Positions 1 to 15,200 of a stretch of DNA of 64,000 bases are shown here, piece by piece. The notes under the pieces were generated by a model. It did no database searches, was not told the origin of the DNA, and saw only the letters and a program-made list of their open reading frames with translations. Origin of the DNA: Macrostomum lignano (taxonomy: Eukaryota); contig NIVC01002312.1 in NCBI GenBank assembly GCA_002269645.1, forward strand, positions 120,963 through 184,962, given 5' to 3'. How positions within the stretch are numbered: the stretch's first letter is position 1; the number at the start of each line of letters is the position of its first letter. Position numbers and translations under genes: made by a program.

Positions 1-139
1 GTTTAATTCTGTGAGGTATTTTTCCCAACCCGAATTTTTCCCTTCCCAATCCCAAATTTTTGAACCCGAACTTCTTTCCAAACCTTTTTTTCTAAACCCA
101 AAATTCCTACAGACCGAAATGCCTCCGCCGAAATTCCCC

Positions 140-470
140 CGAGATCGGAATTCCTCACCCGGAATTCCCCCAGATCGGAATTCCTCACCCGAAATTCCCC
201 CAAGCGGGAATTCCTCACCCGAAATTCCTCCAAGCAGGAATTCCTCACCCGAAATTCCCCCAAGCAGGAATTCCTCACCCAAAATTCCCCCAAGCAGGAA
301 TTCCTCACCCGAAATTCCCCCAAGCAGGAATTCCTCACCCGAAATTCCCCCAAGCAGGAATTCCTCACCCGAAATTCCCCCAAGCAGGAATTCCTCACCC
401 GAAATTCCCCCAAGCAGGAATTCCTCACCCGAAATTCCTCCAAGCAGGAATTCCTCACCCGAAATTCCCC
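140..470. repeat. 30-bp minisatellite (GGAATTCCTCACCCGAAATTCCCCCAAGCA)n
   Basis: About 11 near-identical tandem units read directly; explains the repetitive ORFs 3-458 and 11-565. Confidence 0.95.
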
Positions 471-1130
471 CGAACTCCGAATTTTTTAACGCAGAAATTT
501 CCAGAATTCCAAAGATTTGTCCCAATTCAAAATTCTCAAAGTTTCCCATTCTCATGAAAGCTTGAGTTCCCCAGAATATATCATATTCCCCCAATTTCCT
601 CAATATGAGACACTGGTTGCTTATTTCCCAAAAATGATGCTCCTAAATCCCAAGAAATATTACTGCCCCCAATATCAGCTCTGACCAGTGACCGTAGGAA
701 AATTTAAGAATCCAGAAGTGAATAAAAACGAAGTGGGAGAGGCGGGAGGGAGGGAGGAGAGAGATATAGATATGAAAACGCGACTTTCCAATTAATTTCA
801 CTTGCACACTGACTGAGAAATTCGAGGGCGGGTGGGGTCTAGAGAGGGGATTCGGTCAGCTACTCATGATAAAACCACCGAAAGACTCTTTGGGAAATGT
901 ATCCACCCTTTCTGAGAAGCTGTGGTCCCTGAGTCGCTTAGCATTTGAGCACAAGATGAGGCCTGAATCGCGCAGCCTGTCTAGATATTAAAATTATCAA
1001 TATGCTGTGCAGAGAGAGAGAGAGAGGGAAGGGGCGCCTTGGTTATTCTGTCTGTGTGTTTCTGTTAGCTTGAAGTGCGCTTTTCAATTTTCGGGAATTT
1101 TCATTTCTTAAAAATCTGCAGCTATGAGGG

Positions 1131-1133
<3 letters not shown>

Positions 1134-1218
<85 letters not shown>
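1134..1218. repeat. (GA)n microsatellite
   Basis: Pure GA dinucleotide run. Confidence 0.97.
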
Positions 1219-1227
<9 letters not shown>

Positions 1228-1759
1228 GTTCAGTCAAGCCACTGGGTTTTGAGGACACAATTGCGGCACCTCGGGGGGGGTTTCTCAACCCGCTTGGCTG
1301 ATTGATTGGGGCAAAGGGGGTGGAGGTTGCAGTAAGGCGCCTTTCTCTCTGTGTGACCGCCTGTAGGCTTGAGATCTGCAAGGAACTGCAGCCTGCCAGC
1401 TGTTGCAGCCGAGTAGATGGTAGGTGACGGATTTGAATTTAACTGAATAAGCTACAAAATATAATATTGGCCGCTGTTTGCACCTACTTATAAAATACGA
1501 TTTGAGCTGGGCAAACAGATTTTCCTGTGTGTACTCCGTCGCCTTGTCCGCCTTGTACTCAATGTCCGCATTTCTTATACTATTCTGGGTGTGACTCAGA
1601 AGTGCGGGAAACCTGTCATGCTATCCGTGACGCATGTGGCTGCTGACTCTCAATTGTCGTTTGTATCTCTACCTTGTCTGTCTTTATCATGTCTGTCTCT
1701 ACTTGTCTGTCTTTATCATGTCTGTCTTTACCTAGTCTATCTCGATCGGGATCGTGTCT

Positions 1760-2370
1760 ATTTCTACCTGTCTGTCTCTACCTGTCTGTCTCTACCTGTC
1801 TGTCTCTACCTGTCTGTCTCTACCTGTCTGTCTCTACCTTGTGTATTTCTACCTGTCTGTCTCTACCTGTCTGTCTCTACCTTGTCTATTTCTACCTAGT
1901 CTATCTCTACCTAGTCCATCTCTACCTAGTCTATCTCTACCTAGTCTGTCTCTACCTAGTCTGTCTCTACCTAGTCTATCTCTACCTAGTCTATCTCTAG
2001 CTAGTCTATCTCTACCTAGTCTATCTCTACCTAGTCTATCTCTACCTAGTCTATCTCTACCTAGTCTATCTCTACCTAGTCTATCTCTACCTAGTCTATC
2101 TCTACCTAGTCCATCTCTACCGTGTCTATTTCTACCTAGTCTATCTCTACCTAGTCTATCTCTACCTTGTCTATCTCTACCTAGTCTATCTCTACCTTGT
2201 CTATCCCTACCTAGTCTATCTCTACCTTGTCTATCTCTACCTTGTCTATCTCTACCTAGTCTATCTCTACCTTGTCTATCTCTACCTTGTCTATCTCTAC
2301 CGTGTCTATTTCTACCTAGTCTATCTCTACCTAGTCTATCTCTACCTAGTCTATCTCTACCTAGTCTGTC
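1760..2370. repeat. 14-15-bp minisatellite (CTACCTAGTCTATCT)n
   Basis: Tandem units seen directly; source of the LPSLS/GRDRL ORFs. Confidence 0.95.
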
Positions 2371-5300
2371 TATAAATTGTCTGTCTGGCTCTTCTCTTTG
2401 TGCTTTTTGCTCTCTCTCTCTCTCTGACTGCATCTCTCTCTTAGCTCAGTGTTTGAGAACTTTCTGCTCTCACTGTGCCCTTACCCCGCTCTGTTTGTTT
2501 CTCTGTTTATCCCCAGCAACCTTATCTCAATCTCATTGTGGCTCCACTCGCAGCTTCACTCTCTCTCTTCATCCAGGTGAGCACTCTTCTGTTTCAGCGG
2601 CTCCTGCAGGCGCAGTGGCGCAAGATTAATTACCACACGGGGGCCAGGCTAGGCTCCGCTTGCGGAAGTGGGCGATGAATTTCACTTAGGCAAGCACCAG
2701 CTTTGCTCCGTGTAATAATGAAAATTGAGTCTTCGACTCACTTTGTGTGCGTGTGTTTTCCCTGTCCCTTAAAATCCCACTCTGAGTCCAGTTGAAGTTC
2801 CCGTGGGAGCACCCGGAGCAGCGAAGAGAGCTGTCCTCATCGTCAAAGCAGTCTCTGTCTCTCTCTCTTTCACTTATCTCTTCTTGTCAGCAGTCGCTGC
2901 AAAAGTGACAGCTTTCTCACTAGCTGCTGACAATCTGCTAAATTGTTTATTAATAATCATATTTTTTGAAGCAATCCAGGCCAAGTTGGCCTCAATATTC
3001 GCGTGACTTGCCAATTTTTCAATCCAGCAGCAGCATCGCTCTTGAGAGCGCATTTCCCCAAATCCCCGAGCCTCTTAAACCTGGCACGGCAACAAGAGGT
3101 GTTCAGCGCAGGGCGCTACAAAACACGCTGGGAGGGGCGGTGGGGGGGGGGGTAAACAGGTGAGAATTGGCGACGCCCCAGCATCCTCGGAGTCAAAAGG
3201 CTTCCACTTGAGCTTCTGCTTCCTGTCGCCCAGCCTCCCGCAACCAGCCTCATCCCTGCTCTCACGCGCAGCAGCTTACTCGAAGAGCCAAAAAGCAGCA
3301 ATATATATCGCTGGCGCTGAAACTCCTTCAATCGAGCACTTCTGGCATTTTAGGCTGGATTTTTCTGTTTCTCTCGCTACTTTCTTTTGCTTTGTTTGAC
3401 GCGCATGCCACTAAGGAGCCATGGACTGCTGAAGCAGAAAATGAGCTGAGTTTTTGGTATCACTAGTGCGTTTAGTATGCTCTGAATAAAGCTTTTTTAC
3501 CTCTTTTTTCTCGGTCGAGCCTGAGAGGTTGCTATGGCAACGGCAGGGCCCGACTTGTTGAGCTCTGATTCGGCAGAGCAAAAAATCACAATTCATTCTT
3601 TGCCCCGGGAGCAGAGGTTGGCAAACAGCAATAATGCTTGCATTTTTATCAGGCCCCTGTGTACTATAGGGGGTGTGTAAGTATTTGTGCAAGCCTATTG
3701 CTCGTCTACCCCCCCCCCCTCCTTACTCGTGTTTGTGCTGCTGTGTGCTGTTGGCTGCCTTGTCGTGAGCAGGAATACAAATGCCTGGCTGAGGTAGGCG
3801 TGGAACACTGCTGGGAGGGGCCGATAGAGAGGGGAGGTAAAGCCGTGTCGCGGCGGTTCCTCTCTACCTTGCCAACCGCAGAGCCTGCCAAGTGCTGTAA
3901 ATTTGCATCTCAGCTTGAATGTTTTTCTGCGAGGTTGCCGGTCAGTTTCGACGCAGCTCCCCGCCAACTTTCCAATTGCAAGAGGGAGGGGGCCGGCGGC
4001 GGCTGTTTTCAGCCAAAACACTTCCAACTATTTGGGGTGGCTGACAGGAGAAAGTGGCCTGGAGGGGGGGGGCTATTTCTCCCAGAAATGATCGGCAGTG
4101 CATTTCCCAAAAGCACTCCGCAACCTTTTCAATGCCCAGCCGCTGAAACCCCCCCCCCTCGCTCAGCTGGCAACCAAACTTGAGCTGGCAATACTTTTCT
4201 CAATTCTTTTGACTTCATTCCGACAGTCCCCTTACTAGCTGTGTAGCGCTTCTCACCGCTTGACTGAGCTGCTCTCTCTCCGGGCTCGAGCTCTCTTGAG
4301 CACCCTTGAGAAGCTTCTGCTTCGGTCTCAAAGAGCAAGGATCCAAGGCTAAGTCCAAAGCCGGGAGGTACCGTTCCAAAACAGGAGTCTCTGTAGTTCC
4401 GCCAGCGAGAGTCGAGTACTTGGATGTTTGCAATGGGTTTTAACTGTCTGTTGTGCCTTTTTTGACTACTCGCAATTCCCAAGACGAATTCTCATTAGCG
4501 ACCTCCGGGGGAGGGGCCGTTGCTCAGCGGCAGATGTCAGCGCCTGTCAACTGAGGACGCGGAATGCATAACGGAACCCGACTGCAAACAGTAGCAGCGG
4601 GAGATACCGGCTGATCTGAGCAAGAACGGAATCGGAGGGTTGCAGGAATCGGGGGGGGGGGTTCCGAACAACTGTTGCCAAGCAGAGCAGGGCTGATAAG
4701 GCTGCAGCAAATCCTCTGCTTGCATCAGCCGGGCAAACAGGCCTCACAAACACACTCAACACACGCATGCTTGCACTGGTTGCGCAGGCAAACCTACGCT
4801 GCCTCTGTAGACATACGCGGGCATTTTTTTATTTCTTGGCAAAGCTTAACAAACCAGCCAACCCCCATCCCGTGACCTGACCTCCGCAAACGCGGGATCC
4901 CATCCGTGAAGATTACTCACGTCGCGTTATCAACCTTAGCCTAAGCTTAACCACGGCTGCATTCCGTTTATTCAGTTCGGTTAATAGACTTAGGGAGGGA
5001 AGAGGGTAGGGGGTCAGCTGGGACGGGACCTGGAATTCCCCTGCTCAAATCCTTGTTCAGACTGGAGCCAGGAATGAAATAATTTCCCTGCAAACCGAGT
5101 AAGCAGACTCAGCCTGCAGGACCTGAAAAGTTACTTCGTTATCCGGTGCTGGTCTCTGAGCTGCTAACTTATTCCCGAGTTGATTCTGTTTGATCCCCGC
5201 CAGCTTCTTGCGCCCAGAAACTTTATACTTTTCTTCGTCTCGGGTTTAGAGACTTTGAGTCCTGGGGGAGTGGGGTGGGTGGTAGTGGGGTTTGGGAGCT

Positions 5301-6292
5301 GCATGGTCTTGACTTTTTAGACTCTATTTTTCCCCGCGATTTAATCGCACATAAATTTTCCCCAACCACCCATCCCCACAACCCCCTTAGCCGACCCAAA
5401 TTCCATTACTGGATACTCTGAAAGTCTTCCACCCAGAAGCCGTATTATTAAAGCCTTTGAATTCCCTGACAGAGAGAGTGAGAGAGTTGGGGAAGGAGAG
5501 TAAGAGAGCTTGAGATTGGAGGCGGTGGAGGCGGCCCTTATTGTACCTACTCCACTGGATGGCTTCCTGCGGTGGCCCGAGATTTCCTAGCCTCATCTCC
5601 AGATTCAGGTGGGGACGCCAGTCACGCATGCAGGTGACTCCTTCTCTGAGGCTTTCTGAGAACTCCGCCAGACACCCCAGCTTTCCCGTTTTGAGGTTAG
5701 AGAGGCCTAACTCTTGCACACTGTTTGAGTTCAAGTGGGGGCCCTGATGCACCCGTCTTTGCCCCTCCCACTCTTGTCTTGAGCGCATCATGCATTGTCT
5801 TGAGAGCATGCTCAACGGGCCTCAAGTTTTCCGGCCTATCTATCTATCTGTCTTCCCAATCTCAGCGCCGCTCGCTCAGGGCGTCCGAAAATCGCCTGCT
5901 CGAGAAATATGGAAGCGAGCAATCATAAAGCGGGTTCGATCGCAGCACCAGTGTCTGCAGCATCGAATCCGCTACCCCCCCCCCCGCAGCCCGCGCAATT
6001 CGCCTCTCATTGATGAGGCTGGCCTTCGAGCAATTTTTACAGCCCCCACCGGGGTCGGCAGTTTAGCCGGCAATCCGGCTATCTGATCCGGAGCATCTCT
6101 ATCAATTCCTCCTCTCCCTATTAAGACCCGGCCTGAACCCTCCAGCCGCGGTGAAGTGTGACCGAGAGAGAGAAGCAACAGGCAGGGGGGGGGGTTGCGT
6201 GTCCATCCGCTTGCTGCAGCATCATATTTAAACCGCAAGCCGCCGCCCACTCAAGCATCAGCCTCTCCGCTTCCCCATCGCAGCAGCTCGCG

Positions 6293-9200
6293 ATGAGCCC
6301 CCCGCACCTGTTGCTCCGCCTGGCCGCGGCCGCGGCGCTCATCCTGAGCCTCCTGGCCGAGGAGGTGGCCTTCCGCATCGAAGAGGAGACCGACCTGAAG
6401 GCCACCGTCGGCAACGTTTGGACCGGGCTGGGGCGCCAGCCTCCCGCGCCGGAGTTCCGCATCATTCCAGCCTCCCGGTTCTTCTCCATCGATCGGGACG
6501 GCCACGTGCGCATCGAGAGTCGCATCGACCGGGAAGACCCGGCCACCTGTCCGGACGCGTCCGAGACTGGCAGTGATTGCGTCATCGAGTTCAACGCCTT
6601 CAACGGCACCACGCGGATTGTCGTCAAGGTTACCATCTTGGACATCAACGACAATTCACCGACGTTTAAATCGCCCGTGAAAGAGATCTTTATTGAGGAG
6701 GGCGATCAGCGCTTCAGGTGAGATTTCTGTCCCACACTCTGTGCTGTCCCACACTCTGTGCCATCCCACACTCTGTGCCATCCCACACTCTGTGCCATCC
6801 CACACTCTGTGCCATCCGACACTCTGTGCCATCCCACACTCTGTGCCATCCCACAATCTGTGCCATCCCACACTCTGTGCCATCCCACACTCTGTGCCAT
6901 CCCACACTCTGTGCCATCCCACACTCTGTGCCATCCCACACTCTGTGCCATCCCACACTCTGTGCCATCCCACACTCTGTGCCATCCCACACTCTGTGCC
7001 ATCCCACAATCTGTGCCATCCCACACTCTGTGCCATCCCACACTCTGTGCCATCCCACACTCTGTGCCATCCCACACTCTGTGCCATCCCACACTCTGTG
7101 CCATCCCACACTCTGTGCCATCCCACACTCTGTGCCATCCCACACTCTACCATCACACACATCAACCTATCCCACACATCAACCTATCCCACACATCAAC
7201 CTATCCCACACATCAACCTATCCCACACATCAACCTATCCCACACTCCAGTCTATCCCACACTCCAGTCTATCCCACACTCCAGTCTATCCCACACTCCA
7301 GTCTATCCCACACTCCAGTCTATCCCACACTCCAGTCTATCCCACACTCCAGTCTATCCCACACTCCAGTCTATCCCACACTCCAGTCTATCCCACACTC
7401 CAGTCTATCCCACACTCCAGTCTATCCCACACTCCAGTCTATCCCACACTCCAGTCTATCCCACACTCCAGTCTATCCCACACTCCAGTCTATCCCACAC
7501 TCCAGTCTATCCCACACTCCAGTCTATCCCACACTCCAGTCTATCCCACACTCCAGTCTATCCCACACTCCAGTCTATCCCACACTCCAGTCTATCCCAC
7601 ACTCCAGTCTATCCCACACTCCAGTCTATCCCACACTCCAGTCTATGCCGACCCATCGGCGACAACGGCATGATGACTCGAGGCCACTACTTTTTGAAGG
7701 AGGACGAGGGCACCTTCGCTCTGTACCGCAGCCAGCGTGACCTGCTCAGCCTGGGGCTCAAAGGCTCCCCGATCATCGACTATGAGCAGGAGCAGCAGTA
7801 CAACCTCACCCTCACCGCCTGCGACGGCGGCAGGGAGCAGCGCTGCTCCAGCCAGCTGCTGCTGGTTCGAGTCCGGGACCGCAACGACAACCAGCCGAAC
7901 GTGACGAGCATCTGGAACCCGGACGTGAACGAATCAACACCCATCGGCGGCCTGGTCGCCAGGATCTACGCGCACGACCGGGACAGCGGCGAGAACGGCC
8001 GGCTGAGCTTCACCGTCACCGACAGCCGCGCCGCGGCAGCTTTCGCCATCGACCCGGAGGGCCGCGTCACGCTTCGCAAACGGTTGAACGCTCGGACCAA
8101 GTCGGAGTACGACATCCCGGTGCTCGTGTCCGACGGCGGGGTGCCGCAGCGGCAGGTGACCATCAAGTTCCGCCTGCGGGTGATTGACGTCAACGACCAC
8201 GAGCCGAAGATTACCGTGACGCCCATGCCCGGGGCGGCGGGGCGGGGGACTCGACCGTCAGGATTGCGGAGAACAGCCGGATTGACCAGACTCTGGCCTT
8301 CATCCAGGTGAGTGCTGGGAATCGGAGATGACCGAGACCGAAATTCTATTTATCCTAAAATCATTTCATAATCCCACACCCGAACTATAGTACCACATTC
8401 ACTTTATGGGTCCCACACCTACTTAATGATCCCACACCTACTTAGTGATCCCACATCTACTTAGTGATCCCACACCTACTTAATGATCCCAAAAGTACTT
8501 ATTAATCCCACAGCTACTTAATGATCTCACAGCTACTTAATGATCCCACACCTACCTAATGATCCCACATCTACTTAGTGATCCCACATCTACTTAGTGA
8601 TCCCACACCTACTTAGTGATCCCACACCTACTTAATGATCCCAAAAGCACTTATTAATCCCACAGCTACTTAATGATCCCACACCTACTTAATGATCCCA
8701 AATCTACTTAATGATCCCACACCTACTTAGTGATCCCACAACTACTTAATGATCTCAGACCTACGTAATGATCCCAAATCTACTTAATGATCCCACACAG
8801 TACCTAATAATCCCATACCTTAATAATACCACGCCTATTAGTAATCCCAAACCTACCGTACTTAATTGATCCCACACGTGCATATCGGTAGTATTCCCAA
8901 AACTATCTGAAAAGTGCAAAAAACCTACGCAAGCCTTGTGTAACCTATCCGAACTTTCAGGTAACAGATGGAGACCTAGGCGAGAACGCCCGAGTCACCT
9001 GTTCCCTGGCCCCCGGCAACCGAGGCGGCGCCAACTTCCGGCTCAAGGAGTCCTCAAACAGCGACTATTTCCTGCAGAACAGTCGCCAGTTCGACTTCGA
9101 GAGCACGCCCGAGCTGGTCGCCGAGATCCGGTGTCACGACGGCGGCCGCCCGCCGCTGAAGGCTAGCGAGGTGGTTCGAGTCCAGGTGGTCGGTAGGAAC

Positions 9201-12200
9201 GAATTCCAGCCGAGCATCCAGCTGTCGGAGAAGGGCTCCTACAAGACCATTGAGGAGACGCATCCTGGCGGCGGGGTTCAAATTGGCGACCCACTGCTCA
9301 CAGTGACGGCTCAGGACAAGGACAGGGGAGACAGGCTGACCTTCGGCTTGGATGGGTCGCATTCCAGGTGAGAGAGAGAGACAGAGCGATTTTACATCCT
9401 AGAAGTTTTACATCCTAGAAGTTTTACATGTTTTCTAGAAGTTTTACATCCTAGAAGTTTTACATGTTTTCTTGAAGTTTCTAGAAGTTTTACATCCTAG
9501 AAGTTTTACATGTTTTTTAGAAGTTTCTAGAAGTTTTACATCCTCTGTAGAAGTTTTACTTCCTAGAAGTTTTACATCCTAGAAGCTTTATATCCTAGAA
9601 GTTTTACATCTTAGAAGTTTTACATCCTAGAAGTTTTACATCCTAGAATTTTTACATCCTAGAAGTTTTACATCCTAGAAGTTTTACATCCTAGAAGTTT
9701 TACATCCTAGAAGTTTTACATCCTAGAAGTTTTATATCCTAGAAGTTTTACATCTTAGAAGTTCCATAATTTTTAAATCGTGTAATTTTCCATGATTATT
9801 TTCATCAAACTTTCATCCAGGCATTGAGTCCTACCCATCCAGTACCGACCCATATCTTTAACTGCCCCCATCCTCCGCCACGCAGATTCTTCGTCATCTC
9901 GGACAACACCACGAGCTACTCTGAGGAGCTGGGCGCCACCACCGCCACAGCCGTCATCCGCGTGGCCGCCACCATCGATCGGGACACGCTGAACGCGCCT
10001 GGAGATCTGCTGCACTTTACCGTGACCGTGGCCGACACTGAGGACTCTGCGGGCTCGCGTCACAGCGCCTCCACCACCGTCACAGTCAGCGTCATCGACG
10101 CCAACGACAACGCGCCGCGGATTCAACCGCCGCTGCTGTTCCAGCTGAAGGAGAGCGAGAAGGCCGGCGCGTTGGCCACCTCTGTGCACCCGCGCGGCGC
10201 CGCCAAGATCGCCTTCGATGATGCCGACCAAGGCATCAACGCGCGGGTGGCCTTCCGCCTGCTGGCTCTCTCCGGCCGCAACGGCACCGGCCAGCGAGTG
10301 GCCTTCCCGCTGCCCGGCCGCCCTAGTCGCTGGCCGCTGAATGTCACGGAGGACGGGCAGATCCGCGCCACTGAATCGCTGGATCGGGAAGAATTCTACG
10401 AGTACCAGCTGACCGTGGCCATTGTGAACCACGTGGCCAGCCCGCAGTTGAGCTCGGTGGCCGAGCTCATCGTCCAAGTGCTGGACGTCAATGACAACTC
10501 GCCGGAGTTCGTGTTTCCGCCGCGCCGCGGTGCCAGCATCAGCATCAGCGCCGGACATCGGCTCGGCGACGAGGTCACCCGGATTGAGGCTCGAGACCGC
10601 GACGAGTTCAGCAACATCACCTACACTCTGGTTGGCGGCTCCGGTAGCGCCTTCTTTGAGCTCGATCGCTTCAGCGGACAGGTGAGACTCTGCGTGCTCT
10701 CGGGTCGGGTTTCCGGTGTGATTTGATGAGGGTTTCCAATGGGATTAGGTTCTGAGTTCCGGTGTGATTAGGTGCGGGTTTCCGGTGTGATTAGGAGCGG
10801 GTTTCCGGTGTGATTAGTGCGGGTTTCCGGTGTGATTAGGAGCGGGTTTCCGGTGTGATTAGGTGATGTTGCTGATTAGGTGATGTTGCTGATTAGGTGA
10901 TTTAGATGATTATGGTTCACAAGCAACCATCAATGCACTCTCTGCTCCCCCGGCCGCCAACAACCGCAGGTGCGGCTGGTGCACGAGCTGAGTCCAGGCC
11001 AGCACGAGCTGGTCATCCGCGCCGACGACAATGTCGAGTACAGCCGGTCCGTCCAGACCAGCTTGTTCATCAACGTCACCCACTACGGCGGCCTTGGCAT
11101 CGGGCAGCTCAAAGACGTGCACGTGAACCTGTCAATCATTGTCGGCATGATCATCGTGACTGGCGTCGTCAGCGTCGGCCTCGTCTCCGCCATCGTCTGC
11201 GTCCGTCGCCGCTCCCAGAGCCGCGGCAGCGGCAGCGGCAGCAGCGGCGGTGGCGGACATCACGGCGGCTGTGGAGGCTCCCTGAGTTCGAGTCCGGAGT
11301 GCGACAAAGACCACTGCCAGTGCCGCGCCTCGCTGCCCGATCCCGACGCCGCCGACCCGCTGTACGGCGGGCACCACCACCAGCACCATCTGGGCGCCTC
11401 CCCTGGCACCGGGAAGCGGCCTGAGCGGCAGTTTCCGCTGACTACTTTCAGCCACAATGGCAGCGCCTTCGACCTGCAGCCCATGCCCGTGATGGAGCAT
11501 CAGCAGCAGCCGCAGCATCTGCAGCATCCGCAGCCGCACGTGCCTCGAAATGAGGTGAGTAGTAGCTAAAGAAGGGGAAATATTCGTTGGATTGACCTAT
11601 AATTAGTGATTTGCATCGCTACTTTTGACACTGTTCTACCCAGCTGTACTCTACTCTACTCTATTCTACTCTACTCTACTCTACTCTACTCTACTCTACT
11701 CTACTCTACTCTACTCTACTCTACTCTACTCTACTCTACTCTACTCTACTCTACTCTACTCTACTCTACTCTACTCTACTCTACTCTACTCTACTTTACT
11801 CTACTCTACTCTACTCTACTCTACTCTACTCTACTCTACTCTACTCTACTCTACTCTACTCTACTCTACTCTACTCTACTCTACTCTACTCTACTCTACT
11901 CTACTCTATTCTACTCTACTCTACTCTACTCTACTCTACTCTACTCTACTTTACTCTACTCTACTCTACTCTACTCTACTCTACTCTACTCTACTCTACT
12001 CTACTCTACTCTACTCTACTCTACTCTACTCTACTCTACTCTATTCTACTCTACTCTACTCTACTCTACTCTACTCTACTCTACTTTACTCTACTCTACT
12101 CTACTCTACTCTACTCTACTCTACTCTATTCTACTCTACTCTACTCTACTTTACTCTACTCTACTCTACTCTACTCTACTCTATTATACTCTACTCTACT

Positions 12201-15200
12201 CTACTTTACTCTACTCTACTCTACTCTACTCTACTCTACTCTACTCTACTCTACTTTACTCTGTTCTACTCTACTCTACTCTGCAACAGTAAAGTGAATA
12301 TGCTTTCCTTACCATTACCGCCTAATGCCCCATCTCACTGGCAGGCTCCAGTGTGGCAGACTCGGCGACACATTTTAGTTTCCGTCTGAATCAGCCAGTC
12401 TGAGCAGACGGCTCAGGGGCCAGAGTGAGAGAGAGAGAGAGAGAGTGAAGGAAGAATGAACTATAGGAACTCAACCGATTATTAAGAGAGAGCGGAAGCC
12501 CGCCTTGGACAATTTGTGTACGAACTCTTGTCTACTAGTATCTGTACCGCGTCAATCTAGCCAAGATAATGCAGGCACACTTTCACGCGCACTAATTTCA
12601 ATATAGCCCAGTGCTGCACTATATGTATTTGTCAATCACCGATTTTTGAATAGGCAAAGTTGATGACTTGGTCAGCTGGTGTCACTCAGGCTTTAACAGC
12701 ACACACAATTCCTGCACTAAAAAGTGCGTTGCTTTTGTGATCCCCAATATTGTAATGCGAGTGTTGTTGGGTGACTTCGTTGCCTTCGGCTGCGTGCGGT
12801 GGGTAGAGGATTAGATATGAAGAGAAGCACGCTGAGATATGAAGAGAGTGATGCTGAGATATGAAGAGAGTGATGCTGAGATATGAAGAGAGGCAAGCTG
12901 AGATATGAAGAGAGTGATACTGAGATATGAAGAGAGTGATGCTGAGATATGAAGAGAGGCAAGCTGAGATATGAAGAGAGGGACGCTAAGATATGAAGAG
13001 AGAGACACTGAGATATGAAGAAGGGGACACAGAGATATGAAGCGAGGGACGCTGAGATATAAAGAAAGGGCCACGGAGCTATGAATAGAGAGACATAGAG
13101 ATATGAAGAGAGGTACACAGGGATATGGCGAAAGAGACAGATATGAAGAGAGGGACGCTGAGATATGAATAGAGAGACATAGAGATATGAAGAGAGGTAC
13201 ACAGGGATATGGAGAAAGAGACAGATATGAAGAGAGAGACGCTGAGATATGAATAGAGAGACATAGAGATATGAAGAGAGGTACACAGGGATATGGAGAA
13301 AGAGACAGATATGAAGAGAGGGACGCTGAGATATGAATAGAGAGACATAGAGATATGAAGAGAGGTACACAGGGATATGGAGAAAGAGACAGATATGAAG
13401 AGAGGGACGCTGAGATATGAATAGAGAGACATAGAGATATGAAGAGAGGTACACAGGGATATGGAGAAAGAGACAGATATGAAGAGAGAGACGCTGAGAT
13501 ATGAAGAGAAGGACAAAAGGACGAAGACATCAATTGAAACTAGGACCAAAAACTCAAATAGATTAAAGGGAATCTGATCTGCTGCATTTTGTATCTCAGG
13601 AAGGAAGAGTTTTCAGCCCCCCATTTTGCTCAATAGCCTGCGCCAAACATGGCATCTTGGCGGCCTCATGACAGCTACTACTAATACTCGTAGCGGGCGA
13701 CCACTCAGACCTGGCATTCTCTGACTGACAGAGTCGGTGTGAGATACGCAGAAATTGCAGTCTTCTGTCTTCTGCTGCGAATGAGTAATGCTTTCTGGAA
13801 GGTGTTCGCAAATCTACCTTCAGCTGGGCTTTGAGTACCCACTCCTTTACCTGAAGAGCCTCTCTCTCTCTCTCAGCTCCCACCTAGTCAAGCTAAAGTC
13901 CCTATTTTGCCTTTGTCTCTACACGGACCCCTGTCCCAGTTTTCTGTCTGCCCCCCCCCCTGCTTCCCCTAATAATAATTTCCGACTCAGGTGGATAGCA
14001 AACGTCTCTGGGAAATCGAAAGTGCTCGATACAATGCTCTGGCTACAATGGTTGTTGCTGTTTGTCCATTTCAACTTCTCTCTCTAAACACAGAGCTTGA
14101 TTAAAGATAGGGATAAATAGATGGCATTTGCCCCAAACATAAGTGAAGCTACATTTGGATTTGAAATGGCTCATTTTTCAACGGACAGGTCAATTCAGTT
14201 GAAGCGCTCCCATCGATCAGAGGCCCCCCCATATGGGATTTCCTTGAAACTGCAACATGTTTCACATTCATTCTGCTGGTTTCCGGACAGCCAAGCTGGA
14301 AGGAAGATTGAGATTAAGTTTGCGTTTTGATTGACGCCGCCTAGGGGGGGGCATTGATCTTGAAACATTGAAATCTGCTTCTTATTGCACTGGAATCTGG
14401 GGTCACATTTTGTTCTTTCTTCTTTGCCGGAGTGACCGATTAACAGTTTCCTCTCTCGATGCAGCCGCGCCTCATTATCTCTTAGCGGGCCTCCGGATCC
14501 CCGACCCCGAGGGGGCGATAATGAGGCGACAGGAAGTTTCTGCTTTCGCAATAATGCGTGCTTGTCTTCCATTTTGGCAAATAGGAGGGGGTGCGCTTGA
14601 GGGCATCTGGTTGAAGCTGAGAGACACCATAACCGATTAGCAAATCAATCAAGATCCCAAATCTATGAGCAGTCTTCCTAGACTTTCCCCAGAGCTGGAG
14701 ATTGATCAGAAGATGAGAGGCAGTGCAAATTAGCACTTTCTCTTGCTATAAACTTTTGCTCTGAACAAAATGATAAAAGGCGGGATTTTGTAGACTTGGG
14801 GCCCGGTGCAAAAGTAGACAGTGGGGAATTAGGATGATACTAGCGACCCCCCCCCCAGGGCCAGAGCAATTTCACACCTTAGCTACCTCTCGTTGCGCCC
14901 AGTAGCGACTGGAATGATGAAATTCGAACGCTGTTTTTTTTCCCAATTGAAATCCCCGGGGATCTAAAAGCGAGAGAGAGAGAAAAAGAAAACGGAATCT
15001 TCAGGTACTGGCGGGGTCGGGCAGCCTCTGAGCTGCTCTCGGTCGGCTCTCTTATCTTTCTTCGCTCTGCAGCAGCGTGAGCCCGATTGCGTAACACGAC
15101 ACGGCATCAATCAGACCGAGGGGATGCGCGAGTGTCGGAAATCTTCCCCCACAGGATGACCTGGGATTTCCATAGTCAGCTTCTTCTTTATTATTCTTCA

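Noticed and set aside
9773-10558. Long GC-rich antisense/overlapping ORFs over protocadherin, TNFAIP8, KChIP and PDZ exons
   Set aside because: Expected by-product of high GC3 codon usage on the sense strand; no recognisable domains.
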